Shown piece by piece: positions 9,638-20,025 of a DNA stretch of 64,000 bases. The notes under the pieces were generated by a model. It had not been told where the DNA came from. It saw only the letters and a list, made by a program, of their open reading frames with translations, and ran no database searches. Source of the stretch: Hyphomicrobiales bacterium (GTDB taxonomy: Bacteria; Pseudomonadota; Alphaproteobacteria; Rhizobiales; Rhizobiaceae); contig NVSG01000001.1 of assembly GCA_002401155.1 (NCBI GenBank), forward strand, positions 905,052 to 969,051. The letters run 5' to 3'. The stretch's first letter is position 1; each line of letters starts with the position of its first letter. Made by a program: the position numbers and the translations under genes.

Positions 9638-10366
9638 TTATTCCTGCTTATCGCCCTTAAACCCCTTGGCCAACAAATAGAGCTCAACCGAGTCAGCTCG
9701 AGAGGCTGGCGGTTTAACGTGATGAACGGATTTAAAATTATGCTTCAGCTGCGTCAACAGATGAGCTTCAGTCCCGCCCTGAAATGTTTTTGATAAAAAA
9801 TGCCCGCCCGGTTTCAGCACTTGCAGCGCAAAATCAAGCGCTACTTCCACCAGATGCATCGTGCGAATATGATCGGTTTTCCGGTGACCGGTCGTCGGCG
9901 CTGCCATATCCGAAAGCACCACATCCGGCTTGCCGCCTAATGCTTCAAGCAACAAATCCGGCGCATCATCATCGAGAAAGTTTTTCTCCAAAATCGTCGC
10001 GCCTGGTATGTGGATCATCTCCAGATAGTCGATCCCCACCACCTTGACATTATCCGGCTCGGACTGAGTCAATTGCACAGATATCTGGCTCCAACCGCCC
10101 GGAGCAGCACCAAGATCAATTACCCGACTGCCCTTTTTGATAAAGTCATAGCGCTCATTCATCTCGGCCAGCTTATAGGCTGCACGCGAAGCATAACCCT
10201 CCGCCCTCGCACGCTGCACGTAGGGGTCGTTCAACTGGCGTTGCAGCCAGAGCGTTGAAGAAAGTTTCCGGCCCTTGGCGGTTTTCACCTTAACATGCAT
10301 AGTACGAACATTGGAGCGTTTGCTGGTGCTGGGGTTTTTACCGCCACCGCTTTTTGAAGCTGCCAT
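9638..10366 (-). CDS. rlmE: 23S rRNA U2552 2'-O-methyltransferase
   Basis: Motifs [23 protein letters not shown] and [12 protein letters not shown], plus a basic N-terminal extension. Its ATG overlaps the upstream stop (TAATG). Confidence 0.9.
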   Translation of the reverse strand: MAASKSGGGKNPSTSKRSNVRTMHVKVKTAKGRKLSSTLWLQRQLNDPYVQRARAEGYASRAAYKLAEMNERYDFIKKGSRVIDLGAAPGGWSQISVQLTQSEPDNVKVVGIDYLEMIHIPGATILEKNFLDDDAPDLLLEALGGKPDVVLSDMAAPTTGHRKTDHIRTMHLVEVALDFALQVLKPGGHFLSKTFQGGTEAHLLTQLKHNFKSVHHVKPPASRADSVELYLLAKGFKGDKQE

Positions 10367-12018
10367 TATGTTTCTCCTTGTCTGGGATTACCCGGACGAA
10401 AATTAGAATTTCCAGAAGGCCGACGATGCCGCTTTTTCCGCCAGCGGCCCTTTTTGGGCGTGATCCACGCCCCGTCGCCATTAATCATTTCATTCAGCAG
10501 GCCTTCACGCAAACCGCGATCAGCAACCCGTAATTTCTGACACGGCCATGTCAGACGAATAGCCTGCAAGATCGCACATCCTGCCAATACCAGATCAGCC
10601 CGCTCATGGCCAATGCAAGGATTTTTTGCCCGCTCATCATAGCCCATGTTCAACAATTGCGAAATCACAGCATCAACTTCCCGGTCCGCAAGCCAGATGC
10701 CATCAACCTTGCGGCGATCATATTTGGGAAGCTTCAAATGAACCCCGGCAATCGTCGTCACAGTTCCAGATGTTCCAAGCAGATGCACCCTGCCCTTGTT
10801 CCAGATGTGAGCCAGCTTATCGCGCCCCTCAAACGCATCAAGATGCCCGACAACCTCTTTGACCATCAGATCAAAAACCGCTTTTGAAACCTCTTGCCCG
10901 CCATGGCGTTCAGCCAACGTAACAACCCCCAGCGGCAAAGACGTCCAAGCCGTAATTTTTTCCGAAATAGGTTTTTTATGACTGCGTGCGCCCTTGCCCG
11001 CATTAAGGTTTCGATCGATCAAAATAAGCTCGGATGAACCACCGCCAATATCAAATAACACGGCTGCATCTGCCTTGCGATCCATCAAAGTTCCACAACC
11101 TTCAGCCGCCAGCCGTGCCTCGGTTTCCCGGTTAACGATTTCCAGATCAAGCCCGGTTTCGGTTTTCACCCGTGAGAGAAATTCCGCTCCGTTTTCCGCC
11201 TGCCGGCATGCCTCGGTGGCAATCAGGCGAAACCGCTTAATGCCATGATTTCTCAATTTCGCAGCGCAAATTTTAAGGGCATCAACTGAGCGTTGCATGG
11301 CTTCTTCGGAAAGTCGACCAGTAAGCGTCAGTCCTTCTCCCAGCCGCACAATACGCGAAAACGCATCAACCACCCGAAAACGCCCAACCTCTTGCGGCGC
11401 AACAATCAACAAGCGGCAATTATTGGTACCAAGATCAAGCGCTGCATAAAGAAGCTTCTGGCGACCATCGCTGCCCGAATTTTTAGTAGAATTTCTGGTT
11501 GAGCTTCTGCCCAAGTTTTTATTGGAATTCCTCGAGGCGTTTCTACCACCTTGATCATTCCGCTGTCGCTGCCCGTTTTTGCTACCATTGTTAAATTTTT
11601 CGGAACTTTCATTTGTCCGTTTCTTCGGATCAAATGTTACATCGGTCGTACGTCGCGCAGGCGCACGCATATTGCGTAGCTCAGCTTGCTCAGCCTCGCC
11701 GTTTCGACGGTTTTTAGATTTAGAATTGCGGCCCCTATTGCGCCCGTTTTGCTCACGTCTAGCAGCCCCGGACTCACCCGAAGCAACATCGCCATCGGCC
11801 CTACCCCGAAAATTATCCCGGTCAGGCCGCCCAGAGCCGTTTCCATTTCCAGAATTCCGGGGGCTTTTCCCCTTTCCCTTGTTTCGGGACGGACTTCCAG
11901 ATTCACGCGGTGATCTTTGCGCCGCTTGCTGGCTGTCACCACTGGCGTGATCGTTGTCACGCAATTCTCGGATCGGCTCCTCTACTGGTCCATCAGAACC
12001 ATCAGAAGAACGCTTCAC
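10366..12018 (-). CDS. Ppx/GppA family phosphatase with a 188-aa basic low-complexity N-terminal extension
   Basis: Residues ~190-550 carry ASKHA-fold motifs ([35 protein letters not shown]). Residues 1-188 are rich in R/N/G/S/K. An alternative start at the internal Met (LRNMRAP) is possible. Confidence 0.8.
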   Translation of the reverse strand: MKRSSDGSDGPVEEPIRELRDNDHASGDSQQAAQRSPRESGSPSRNKGKGKSPRNSGNGNGSGRPDRDNFRGRADGDVASGESGAARREQNGRNRGRNSKSKNRRNGEAEQAELRNMRAPARRTTDVTFDPKKRTNESSEKFNNGSKNGQRQRNDQGGRNASRNSNKNLGRSSTRNSTKNSGSDGRQKLLYAALDLGTNNCRLLIVAPQEVGRFRVVDAFSRIVRLGEGLTLTGRLSEEAMQRSVDALKICAAKLRNHGIKRFRLIATEACRQAENGAEFLSRVKTETGLDLEIVNRETEARLAAEGCGTLMDRKADAAVLFDIGGGSSELILIDRNLNAGKGARSHKKPISEKITAWTSLPLGVVTLAERHGGQEVSKAVFDLMVKEVVGHLDAFEGRDKLAHIWNKGRVHLLGTSGTVTTIAGVHLKLPKYDRRKVDGIWLADREVDAVISQLLNMGYDERAKNPCIGHERADLVLAGCAILQAIRLTWPCQKLRVADRGLREGLLNEMINGDGAWITPKKGRWRKKRHRRPSGNSNFRPGNPRQGET

Positions 12019-12143
12019 ACCCTATTCCTACTCTGCCGAACCCCAAGCCGCATCAGCTCTTTTTCCCGGCAATTGATTATGTCGTTACCAAAAGAGTACC
12101 ATCGAAACGCCATTTTTACCATCAAAATATCTGGTGATATAGG

Positions 12144-12172
12144 TTGCAATGCAACAAGTGCGGCTCTATACA
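12144..12172 (+). promoter_or_regulatory. candidate sigma-70 promoter for tRNA-Gln
   Basis: TTGCAA (12144..12149), a 17-nt spacer, then TATACA (12167..12172), about 50 nt upstream of the tRNA. Confidence 0.35.
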
Positions 12173-12223
12173 GCCCCTGAGCAATCGAACTGTTTGCTAC
12201 ATCAGGCTATTGCCTGAAAAGAT

Positions 12224-12297
12224 TGGGAATTAGTTTAACGGTAGAACTACGGACTCTGACTCCGTCAATCCTGGTTCGAATCCAGGATTCCCAGCCA
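12224..12297 (+). tRNA. tRNA-Gln (anticodon CUG), CCA encoded
   Basis: Hand-folded cloverleaf. Acceptor TGGGAAT/ATTCCCA, D arm GTTT-AACGGTA-GAAC, anticodon arm ACGGA-CTCTGAC-TCCGT, T arm CCTGG-TTCGAAT-CCAGG, discriminator G, then CCA. The U1:A72 pair with G73 is typical of tRNA-Gln. Confidence 0.9.
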
Positions 12298-12394
12298 TCT
12301 AATTCACCCGAAATTCTGGCAAAAAATTGGGCCGATACCCCGCATATCTGGAAGAACCGGCCCAACTTAAAATCACAATGCTTTTTTAAAAAAC

Positions 12395-13669
12395 CTATGC
12401 CGCCCGAGCTGTTTCCTGCGGTTTTTCACCTTGTGATTGACCTGATCTGTCACTCAAATCCTCATTGAGCATGGCATCAATCCTTGTGAGATTAGCCGCC
12501 AGCGTCTGGCTTGCTCCGATGGATTGTTGTGCCGTTTCCGCGTTTTGCTGAGCCCCGGAATCAATCGTATCAATTGCCTGATTGATTTCGGCAAGCCCAA
12601 GCGATTGCTCACGCGTCGCTTCAACAATTGCTGAAATATTGGCATCAATCTCCTGGACTTCAACAACGATTGCAGAAAGCGCCTTGCCGGTTTCATTCAC
12701 CAAAGCCACACCGGTCTTCACTTCTTCGCTTGAAACATTGATGAGCTGGGTGATTTCCTTGGCAGCATTGGCCGAACGTTGAGCCAGCTCGCGCACTTCC
12801 TGCGCCACAACCGCAAAGCCCCTCCCGGCATCTCCCGCACGAGCAGCTTCTACGCCCGCATTGAGCGCCAGAAGGTTGGTTTGAAAGGAAATTTCATCAA
12901 TTATCCCGATAATATTAGCGATTTTTCCGGATGAATCTTCAATCTTCGCCATCGCTTCAATCGCAGTATTCACAATGATGCCCGACTGTTCCGCATTAGC
13001 CTTTGTTCCAGCAACCAGATTGCTGGCATCTTCTGCCCGCTCGGTTGAGGATTTCACATTGGCAGCAATTTGGGTCACCGCCGCTGCAGTTTCCTCCACA
13101 GCAGCTGATTGTTGCTCGGCCTGAGAGGAGATTTGGCGTTCCAAATCCCCGTTCGTTGCTTGTCTAACAAGCACACCCAGCTCTTCCAGCGCACCCTTTA
13201 TCATGGTTTGCCTTGTGCCCATATTTTCAATTGCCGAATTGATTTGGGTCACCGAGGATAAAAACATTCCCTTCATGCCTTCCGGGCGGATTTTGCGATA
13301 ATAGCGTTCTTCACTCACAGCTTCCATTGCCAAAGCAGCTTCGCGCACAAATGCATCGCAAACATCAATCATGTTGTTCACCTGATTGATCAAGAATTTC
13401 AAATCACCCTTCTCTTTAGGAAAGATCACTCGTTCTTCCAAATCGCCGTTCTTAATTGCTTGGCTAACCCGTGCAACCTCATTGATAATCTGTTTGGTTT
13501 TCCATAAGTAAAGGACAACAACAAGGGTTATGACAATTTGAAAAACCGACAAGGGCAAAAGCACACTTTCAGCACTGTGTACCAATTCAAGCACAATGAT
13601 GACAACCGCAGAAACAACACTAGCAACAGAGAAAATAACAGCCTTAGATAGTTTGGACAAATTCATCAT
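12395..13669 (-). CDS. methyl-accepting chemotaxis protein (TM hairpin + HAMP + signalling domain); C-terminal part of an Aer-like receptor
   Basis: Has two adjacent TM helices and a HAMP domain. The conserved tip is [50 protein letters not shown] precedes ATGATG at 13669/13666. The ORF-track start is GTG 13687. Confidence 0.85.
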   Translation of the reverse strand: MMNLSKLSKAVIFSVASVVSAVVIIVLELVHSAESVLLPLSVFQIVITLVVVLYLWKTKQIINEVARVSQAIKNGDLEERVIFPKEKGDLKFLINQVNNMIDVCDAFVREAALAMEAVSEERYYRKIRPEGMKGMFLSSVTQINSAIENMGTRQTMIKGALEELGVLVRQATNGDLERQISSQAEQQSAAVEETAAAVTQIAANVKSSTERAEDASNLVAGTKANAEQSGIIVNTAIEAMAKIEDSSGKIANIIGIIDEISFQTNLLALNAGVEAARAGDAGRGFAVVAQEVRELAQRSANAAKEITQLINVSSEEVKTGVALVNETGKALSAIVVEVQEIDANISAIVEATREQSLGLAEINQAIDTIDSGAQQNAETAQQSIGASQTLAANLTRIDAMLNEDLSDRSGQSQGEKPQETARAA

Positions 13670-14195
13670 AATCCACTCCCTTTTCACCTAATATTTTCTG
13701 CAGCAATACATAGCCGGCCTTTTGGCCGTCTTTGCGGTTGGATTTCCGATTTTCTTCATCCAGCAGTTTTTCATAAAGCACCGATATCGTGGAAATCGCA
13801 GCCTCCGATGGACACCTCCGGTTTGAATGATAAGAGGTAATATTCCCTTTATTATCGCGGCTCGGAGTTACATGAGCCAACACCCAATAATATGCATCGT
13901 TGTTTTTAGTATTGTTCACCACATAGGCAAATATCTCACGCCCGGCTTGCAATCGCTCCCAAAGAAGCTGGAAGATACAGCGGGGCATAACACCATTTCG
14001 AATGAGTGAATGAGGTTGTCCCAACACGTCACTCAATGAATAGTCTGCGATTTCCAAAAACACATCATTGGCGTAGGTGATGTGGCCTTTTAAGTTGGTT
14101 TTACTAACGATAATATCGTCTTGATCAAGCTTTCGCTCGATACCATGTGGCTTTAACATGTGGGTTTCTCGTGGGTTGTTGGAGTTGCCCTGCAC
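13644..14195 (-). CDS. stand-alone Aer-type PAS domain protein (N-terminal part of an Aer-like receptor)
   Basis: PAS core: [79 protein letters not shown] tail of about 50 aa resembles the Aer F1 region. The gene overlaps the MCP gene by 26 nt. Confidence 0.8.
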   Translation of the reverse strand: MQGNSNNPRETHMLKPHGIERKLDQDDIIVSKTNLKGHITYANDVFLEIADYSLSDVLGQPHSLIRNGVMPRCIFQLLWERLQAGREIFAYVVNNTKNNDAYYWVLAHVTPSRDNKGNITSYHSNRRCPSEAAISTISVLYEKLLDEENRKSNRKDGQKAGYVLLQKILGEKGVDYDEFVQTI

Positions 14196-14525
14196 TCAAT
14201 TATGCTAGGGCAACATGGTTAACAACATGCTAACAAGAACAACCAATACTTGAATTACCTTACGTTATATAGAACTTACAATAAGTATTTATTGAACAAT
14301 CCTAGATTTTACCCACATCAGCCAAACACTACCGAAACATACGAAAGAAGCTCGCACATGCCCATTATTGTCATCACAGTTGGAGCTGTATCGATAGATA
14401 TGCGAAACCCTTGATACCCTCACTGCCGCAGCCATTCTTGCAGCATTGCCTTTTTCTTCAAACGCAAACACTTGGGGAGATGAGATTTACCTCACCACTC
14501 CCCTAAACATTGAAATCAAAGCTTG

Positions 14526-14550
14526 GATGCACCCGTGAGAACAAATAACA
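14526..14550 (+). repeat. 3' fragment of the intergenic repeat family
   Basis: GGATGCACCCGTGAGAACAAATAAC matches GGATACGCCCGTGAGAACAAAATAAC of the copies at 30441 and 51390, with about 3 differences. Confidence 0.55.
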
Positions 14551-14560
14551 AGCAAACAAA

Positions 14561-15856
14561 CTACTGGTTGCGAAGTTCACTCAACAATTCGCCTGCATAA
14601 TCGGCACGTACATCGCCCGCCTTCGCTAGGCTTTCAGCAATAATCCCGACTTCATCACCAACAGCCCCTGCGACAATTGCCATATTACGAGCATGAAGCA
14701 CCATATGGCCACGCTGAATGCCTTCGGTGGCCAGCGCCCGCAAAGCACCCATATTCTGCGCTAGACCAACCGCCATGCAAACCTCGCCCAATTCCTGCGC
14801 GGTCTTAACACCGAGAATTTTCAGACTAAGCTGCGCCAATGGATGAGTTTTGGTAGCCCCGCCCACCAGACCAAGCGGCATTGGCATTTCCATCGTGCCA
14901 ATCAAGCGCCCCTGCGCATCCTTTTCCCAGCTGGATAATGGGCTGTATTGGCCGCTCTTTGATGCCCACACATGAGCCCCCGCTTCCACCGCACGCCAAT
15001 CATTGCCGGTGGCAAGCACAATCGGATCAATCCCGTTCATAATGCCTTTGTTGTGGGTCGCAGCCCTGTAGGGATCGACGGTCGCGAAGCAATAAGCATC
15101 CAAAATGCCCTCAATCACTTCCTCGCCGGAAAGCTCCTTGGTTCGCAGCGCCTCCGGTTCAATCGCCACATAGGCACGCGACAAGCGCAAATCCGCAAAG
15201 TTCGATAAAATTCGCAACCGCGCCACGCCGCCGGAACATTTCTCCAGCATCGGAGCGACAGCTTCCGCCATGGTATTGACCGCATTGGCCCCCATCGCAT
15301 CACGCACATCCACCAGCAAATGCACGATGACCATCGAACCACGCGGAGTATTTTCCTTCACATGGATTTCGATATCCTTGCAACCACCACCAAGCTCCAC
15401 CAGCAATTTATCTTTGGTATTGGCCGCAGCGATAATGTTATCGCGCTCCGCCAAAATACGTTGCTTTGCGCCATTAGGATCATCAATCCCGATAATCTGG
15501 ATTTGCGCTCGCATGATCGGCAAAGTGCTGGAGGTTTTAAACCCACCTCCCTCACGAACAATCCGCGCCATAAAGGACGCAGCCGCAATAATCGAAGGTT
15601 CTTCAACCGCCATCGGAATGAGATAGTCACGCCCGTTGATCAAGAAATTCGTTGCAATTCCCATGGGAAGTTCAAACGTACCAACGACATTTTCAATCAT
15701 CCCATTTGCCCGTTCCATGGGCAAGGCACCCGGCCCATCCATCAGCGCATTATCAGCCTCATCAAGGCCAATCTCCGAGACAACTTTTTGCCAACGCTCT
15801 TGCGGCGTTAAGTTCCGAAATCCCGCGATACGGGAGTTATAAGATGGTTTAGTCAT
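14561..15856 (-). CDS. mvaA: class II (NAD-dependent, degradative type) HMG-CoA reductase
   Basis: 431 aa, colinear from memory with Pseudomonas mevalonii HMGR. Motifs: [64 protein letters not shown]. Confidence 0.85.
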   Translation of the reverse strand: MTKPSYNSRIAGFRNLTPQERWQKVVSEIGLDEADNALMDGPGALPMERANGMIENVVGTFELPMGIATNFLINGRDYLIPMAVEEPSIIAAASFMARIVREGGGFKTSSTLPIMRAQIQIIGIDDPNGAKQRILAERDNIIAAANTKDKLLVELGGGCKDIEIHVKENTPRGSMVIVHLLVDVRDAMGANAVNTMAEAVAPMLEKCSGGVARLRILSNFADLRLSRAYVAIEPEALRTKELSGEEVIEGILDAYCFATVDPYRAATHNKGIMNGIDPIVLATGNDWRAVEAGAHVWASKSGQYSPLSSWEKDAQGRLIGTMEMPMPLGLVGGATKTHPLAQLSLKILGVKTAQELGEVCMAVGLAQNMGALRALATEGIQRGHMVLHARNMAIVAGAVGDEVGIIAESLAKAGDVRADYAGELLSELRNQ

Positions 15857-15868
15857 AAAGCGCCCCTG

Positions 15869-17284
15869 CTATTCTAACCGCCAAGCACAACTGCCTTCGC
15901 CCACATCCTTGCAAGGTTCGTAGACAACGGTTTCGCTCTCAGTCTCATATTTATCCTGCCAGACGACCTGCACCGCTACAGTTTTCACTGTGCCAAGCTT
16001 AAAGGTCGAATAGATATATGTATCTGATGTTATGGAATAAGGCTGTTGCGGATTGCATTTCGCCAATTTCAAACGCTTGTCCAGCGCCATCGAGTTGATA
16101 GAATAACGAACCTCTTTCAGCCCACAATGCATCGTCTGTAGGGAGGTGAAATACACCAATTGTTTGCCGCTGTAATTACGAAATGCCACCAGCCCAGCAG
16201 GCAAATTTGCATCCCACATAGACTTATATAATTGCATATTTGGCACTTTGGACTTGGCGCCAAGCCCCTGCTTGGGAGCGATAATCACCGAAGCTTTATC
16301 TTGCTGCACCGAGGTCAGTGTACTACCTTTTCGAGCTTCTTCGTCAGCCTTCAGAGCGGCCAGCTTTGTCTGCGCAATCTGCACATTGAAGTTTTCTTTT
16401 TGGTTTCCGTATTTGTTTACAAATAATTCCCAAACCTGCTTGGTGCCAATTTTCATGGAAATATTAAAGTCTTTTTCAAGCTGGCTTTCGTTAGTAGTAG
16501 CAACAGCAACGCTGCTGCCAGCGGCAGGAAGAAATTCAAACCGCCCGGTGATCGACGAATATTCATAAGGCACCTGCTGCCCGCCGGTGACTTTACCAAC
16601 AAGAGTACGCACAGCCTTGAACACATCCTCGATTTGCGCACCAGGATTGCCAAGAATGGCTTTACTGAGCGCCAATGTGTAAGGGCTATTGCCCTGATCG
16701 CCATCCAGTGCCACCTGTCCGGAGCCGGTCGAATACCCAACATAAGTTCCTTTGGGCGCATCCACCGGCGCCAAACCTCCAAGGATCAGGGATCGAACAC
16801 TGCCCTTGAACGGATTGTTCCGGCAAGCATCGAGAATAACAATATTGATCGAGCTATTTGCTTCATCCAGACGCCGCAAAAACGAGTTCACGTCGATGGC
16901 TTCATCGGCCACCTCGCCCTTGCTGGTGATATCGGCAGAGGTGGGCAAAAGGTAATTCTGCCCATCCACCTGCAAGCCATGACCTGCATAAAAGAACAAG
17001 CTCGCCTCAACCTCTTCGCGCCGCAACAGCCGCGTATAGTTGAGCAAAGCCCGCTTCAAAGTACGCTGATCAGCATCCATAATTGTCGTGACAGTAAACC
17101 CGGCTTTTTCCAGCGTACTGGAAATAAGAACAGCATCATTCACCGGATTGGCAAGCGAGCCAATATTCTCGTATTGAGAATTGCCAACCACCAGCGCAAA
17201 CCGCGCCCCGGCTGATGTACTAAACGAAAATGCCAATATGAAAAACACGGCAATGACCATGCGGGTAACAAAATTTATCATCAC
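15869..17284 (-). CDS. secreted caspase-family (peptidase C14) protein with an uncharacterised C-terminal domain
   Basis: Signal peptide present. Catalytic His lies in FFYAGHGLQ and catalytic Cys in VILDACRNNPF. The C-terminal ~200 aa have no recognisable motif. Confidence 0.8.
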   Translation of the reverse strand: MMINFVTRMVIAVFFILAFSFSTSAGARFALVVGNSQYENIGSLANPVNDAVLISSTLEKAGFTVTTIMDADQRTLKRALLNYTRLLRREEVEASLFFYAGHGLQVDGQNYLLPTSADITSKGEVADEAIDVNSFLRRLDEANSSINIVILDACRNNPFKGSVRSLILGGLAPVDAPKGTYVGYSTGSGQVALDGDQGNSPYTLALSKAILGNPGAQIEDVFKAVRTLVGKVTGGQQVPYEYSSITGRFEFLPAAGSSVAVATTNESQLEKDFNISMKIGTKQVWELFVNKYGNQKENFNVQIAQTKLAALKADEEARKGSTLTSVQQDKASVIIAPKQGLGAKSKVPNMQLYKSMWDANLPAGLVAFRNYSGKQLVYFTSLQTMHCGLKEVRYSINSMALDKRLKLAKCNPQQPYSITSDTYIYSTFKLGTVKTVAVQVVWQDKYETESETVVYEPCKDVGEGSCAWRLE

Positions 17285-17386
17285 GAAATTCTCTCCACCA
17301 AAACAAACATTTGCGCCCTCAAGGGAGAGGTTACAATTTCAGTGGGAGTGGTTCAATAGGAGGTTAGCGAAATATTGAAAGGCGCG

Positions 17387-18082
17387 TCAAACACTCACCG
17401 CTTCGCGCAGCTTTTCTTTTTCCACCTCGTCCTTGGAACCATCAAGCACAATTTTCCCACGGCGCATGGCGTAGAATTTATCAGCCAAATCATAAGCGAA
17501 GTCGAAATATTGTTCGACTAGAATGATTGCCATATTGCCCTCGTCGCGTAGATGGGAAATTACCTCGCCAATCTGCGTGATGATGTTGGGCTGAATACCC
17601 TCGGTGGGTTCATCCAGCAATAGCAGTTTTGGCTTGGTAATCAGCGCCCGGGCAATCGCCAATTGTTGTTGCTGGCCACCGGAAAGATCACCGCCCCGGC
17701 GGTTGATCATCTGTTTGAGAACCGGGAACAGTTCGAAAATATGATCGGGAACTTCATGCTCATCTTTTGGCAAGCAGGCAAAACCTGTTTCAAGGTTTTC
17801 CTGAATGGTCATCAGCGGAAAAACATCACGGCCCTGCGGCACATAACCAATACCCTTCGCCGCCAGAATATGAGCCTTGGAACCGGCCACTTCTTCGCCG
17901 TTCAATTTGTACGAACCGCCGCTTTGGGGATGGGTACCGGAAAGCACTTTTAGCAGACTGGTTTTGCCCACACCATTGGTGCCCATCAGGCAGCAAACCT
18001 TGCCCACTTCTGCGGTCATGGAGATATCATAGAGGATTTGTGACGCCCCATAATGAAGCGATATATCTTTAAACTCCAGCAT
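17387..18082 (-). CDS. urtE: urea ABC transporter ATP-binding protein UrtE
   Basis: Walker A GTNGVGKTS, signature LSGGQQQQLAIARAL, Walker B LLLLDEP. I place the start at ATG 18082 (MLEFKDISL), 11 nt after the urtD stop and preceded by GGAG. The ORF-track start is 18196. Confidence 0.9.
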   Translation of the reverse strand: MLEFKDISLHYGASQILYDISMTAEVGKVCCLMGTNGVGKTSLLKVLSGTHPQSGGSYKLNGEEVAGSKAHILAAKGIGYVPQGRDVFPLMTIQENLETGFACLPKDEHEVPDHIFELFPVLKQMINRRGGDLSGGQQQQLAIARALITKPKLLLLDEPTEGIQPNIITQIGEVISHLRDEGNMAIILVEQYFDFAYDLADKFYAMRRGKIVLDGSKDEVEKEKLREAVSV

Positions 18083-18093
18083 AAATTCTCCAA

Positions 18094-18840
18094 TCAGCGC
18101 CCAAGATAAACATCGATAACTTCCTGATTTTGGATGACATGATCGAGACTGCCCTCGTCCAAAATCGCGCCCTCGTGTAACACAGTCACCTTGCATTCAA
18201 GATTACGTACAAATTCCATATCGTGTTCAACAACGATAACCGCACGGGTCTCTGCCATCTTTTTCAAGAGCTTCACCGTATGATCCCGCTCCTGCCCGGT
18301 CATGCCGGCAGCCGGTTCGTCCACCAGCATGAGGCGCGGGTCTTGAGCCAATAACATGCCGATTTCCAACCATTGTTTTTGCCCGTGTGAAAGTTCACCC
18401 GCGAGACGATCCGTATGATCTTTCAGCCCAATCTCTTCAGCAGTTTCTTGCACCCGTTCCTGATCGTCATTGCTAAAAGCATAAAACAACGCATCCAGCG
18501 GACCGCGCTTGTTTCGAAGCGCCATCATTAAATTGTCGGTGACGGTCTGCTCTTCAAAAACCGTCGGGCGCTGGAACTTACGACCAATACCCATTGAAGC
18601 GATTTCATGTTCGGATTTTTTCAGCAAGGAAACGTTTTTCGAACCCCATGTCACATCACCGGAATCGGCACGGGTTTTGCCTGTGACGATATCCATGAAC
18701 GTGGTTTTACCAGCTCCGTTCGGCCCGATAATCGCACGCAATTCTGCGGGACCAATATTGAAACTGAGATTATTGATGGCCTTGAACCCGTCAAAGGAAA
18801 CGGAAATCCCCTGCACCTCAAGCAACATACGTTGGCTCAT
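18094..18840 (-). CDS. urtD: urea ABC transporter ATP-binding protein UrtD
   Basis: Motifs GPNGAGKTT, LSHGQKQWLEIG, LMLVDEP. ATG 18840 forms an ATGA overlap with the urtC stop. The ORF-track start is 18855. Confidence 0.9.
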   Translation of the reverse strand: MSQRMLLEVQGISVSFDGFKAINNLSFNIGPAELRAIIGPNGAGKTTFMDIVTGKTRADSGDVTWGSKNVSLLKKSEHEIASMGIGRKFQRPTVFEEQTVTDNLMMALRNKRGPLDALFYAFSNDDQERVQETAEEIGLKDHTDRLAGELSHGQKQWLEIGMLLAQDPRLMLVDEPAAGMTGQERDHTVKLLKKMAETRAVIVVEHDMEFVRNLECKVTVLHEGAILDEGSLDHVIQNQEVIDVYLGR

Positions 18841-20015
18841 GGTTTTTCTCCCCAACCAAATTTATCGAACAATCCGCCAATGCCCTTCGGTGCGTAAAGC
18901 GTCACGAGAACAAAACTCGCACCGAGCAGAACCAACCACCAATCAACCCATTTGATGGTGTAAAAACCAAGCGGAATATCCGGTGCCTGACCGCCCGTGA
19001 ACCACGAAGATAGAAGCGAAACAAAAGCTGCACCAATCACCGCACCGTAGATGCGTCCACGACCACCAATAGCCACCCAAACCGCCAGATAAATCGAAGC
19101 AATAGGGGCAAGTTCCGCTGGGTTGATAATACCCGCTTGCGGGTAATAAAGCGCACCGGCAATTGCGGCAATCACCGCCGTTAGCACGAAAATGAACAGC
19201 TTATAGGCTTCCACATTATACCCGAGAAACCGCACCCGCGCCTCGTCATCGCGAATGCCGCGAATGATATTGCCAAGCTTGCTTTCAACAATCAGCTTCA
19301 CCACGATATAGCCAAGCCCCAATGCCAAAGCCGAAGCCCAGAAGAACCACAAGGAAATATCCGCCTGCGCCGCGTCTTCCAAACCGGGCAGATTTTGCAG
19401 GCCAGACAAACCATTATTACCGCGCAAGCCACTATCGTTCTGGAACAGATAAAGCGCCAGAGCCAATGTCATCGCTTGGGTCAAAATCGAAAGATAAACC
19501 CCGGTCACCCGACTGCGAAATGCCAGCCAGCCAAATACCATCGCCAAGACTCCAGGCACCAGCACAACGAGGATAAGCTGTATCGTCAGACTATCGGCAA
19601 AGGCCCAGATGGCGGGTATCTTTGCGCCCCCTACCACGCCAAAAATTTGTGTACCGATACCATCGGTCAACTCCTGCGGTGTCAGCGGAAGAGCAGCTCC
19701 TGCAGATGCTTTCAGAACGATCAATTCGGTCCGTGCATACATCAGCCACATGCCGATCATATAGCCACCAAGGCCGAAAAACGCGAAATGCCCAAGGCTC
19801 AAAATCCCGCAATAGCCCCAGACCAAGTCCATCGCGATGGCCACAAGGCAGAAGCAAAGTGTCTTGCCAAGGGTCTTAAGGAAACTGGTGGAAACAATCC
19901 CATTGCCAACGCTTTCACTGAAAATCGTGACGGCGATGGTGAAGCCAGCAAGGCATAAAATAAATATCATTGCGGATGGGTAGCGCAAGAAAAATGGTTT
20001 TGATGTTTTGTCCAT
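18837..20015 (-). CDS. urtC: urea ABC transporter permease UrtC
   Basis: LivM-type polytopic permease in canonical urtABCDE order. Confidence 0.9.
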   Translation of the reverse strand: MDKTSKPFFLRYPSAMIFILCLAGFTIAVTIFSESVGNGIVSTSFLKTLGKTLCFCLVAIAMDLVWGYCGILSLGHFAFFGLGGYMIGMWLMYARTELIVLKASAGAALPLTPQELTDGIGTQIFGVVGGAKIPAIWAFADSLTIQLILVVLVPGVLAMVFGWLAFRSRVTGVYLSILTQAMTLALALYLFQNDSGLRGNNGLSGLQNLPGLEDAAQADISLWFFWASALALGLGYIVVKLIVESKLGNIIRGIRDDEARVRFLGYNVEAYKLFIFVLTAVIAAIAGALYYPQAGIINPAELAPIASIYLAVWVAIGGRGRIYGAVIGAAFVSLLSSWFTGGQAPDIPLGFYTIKWVDWWLVLLGASFVLVTLYAPKGIGGLFDKFGWGEKP

Positions 20016-20025
20016 AACCCTCTCC

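Noticed and set aside
12298-12394. The tRNA-Gln 3' flank as a genomic-island integration site.
   Set aside because: I found no integrase, no direct repeat of the tRNA 3' end and no compositional break. The downstream genes (MCP/PAS) look chromosomal.
14289-14471. 60-aa ORF in the PAS/HMGR intergenic region.
   Set aside because: It has no RBS and an odd composition, and it sits in a region that also holds a repeat fragment. I treat it as non-coding.
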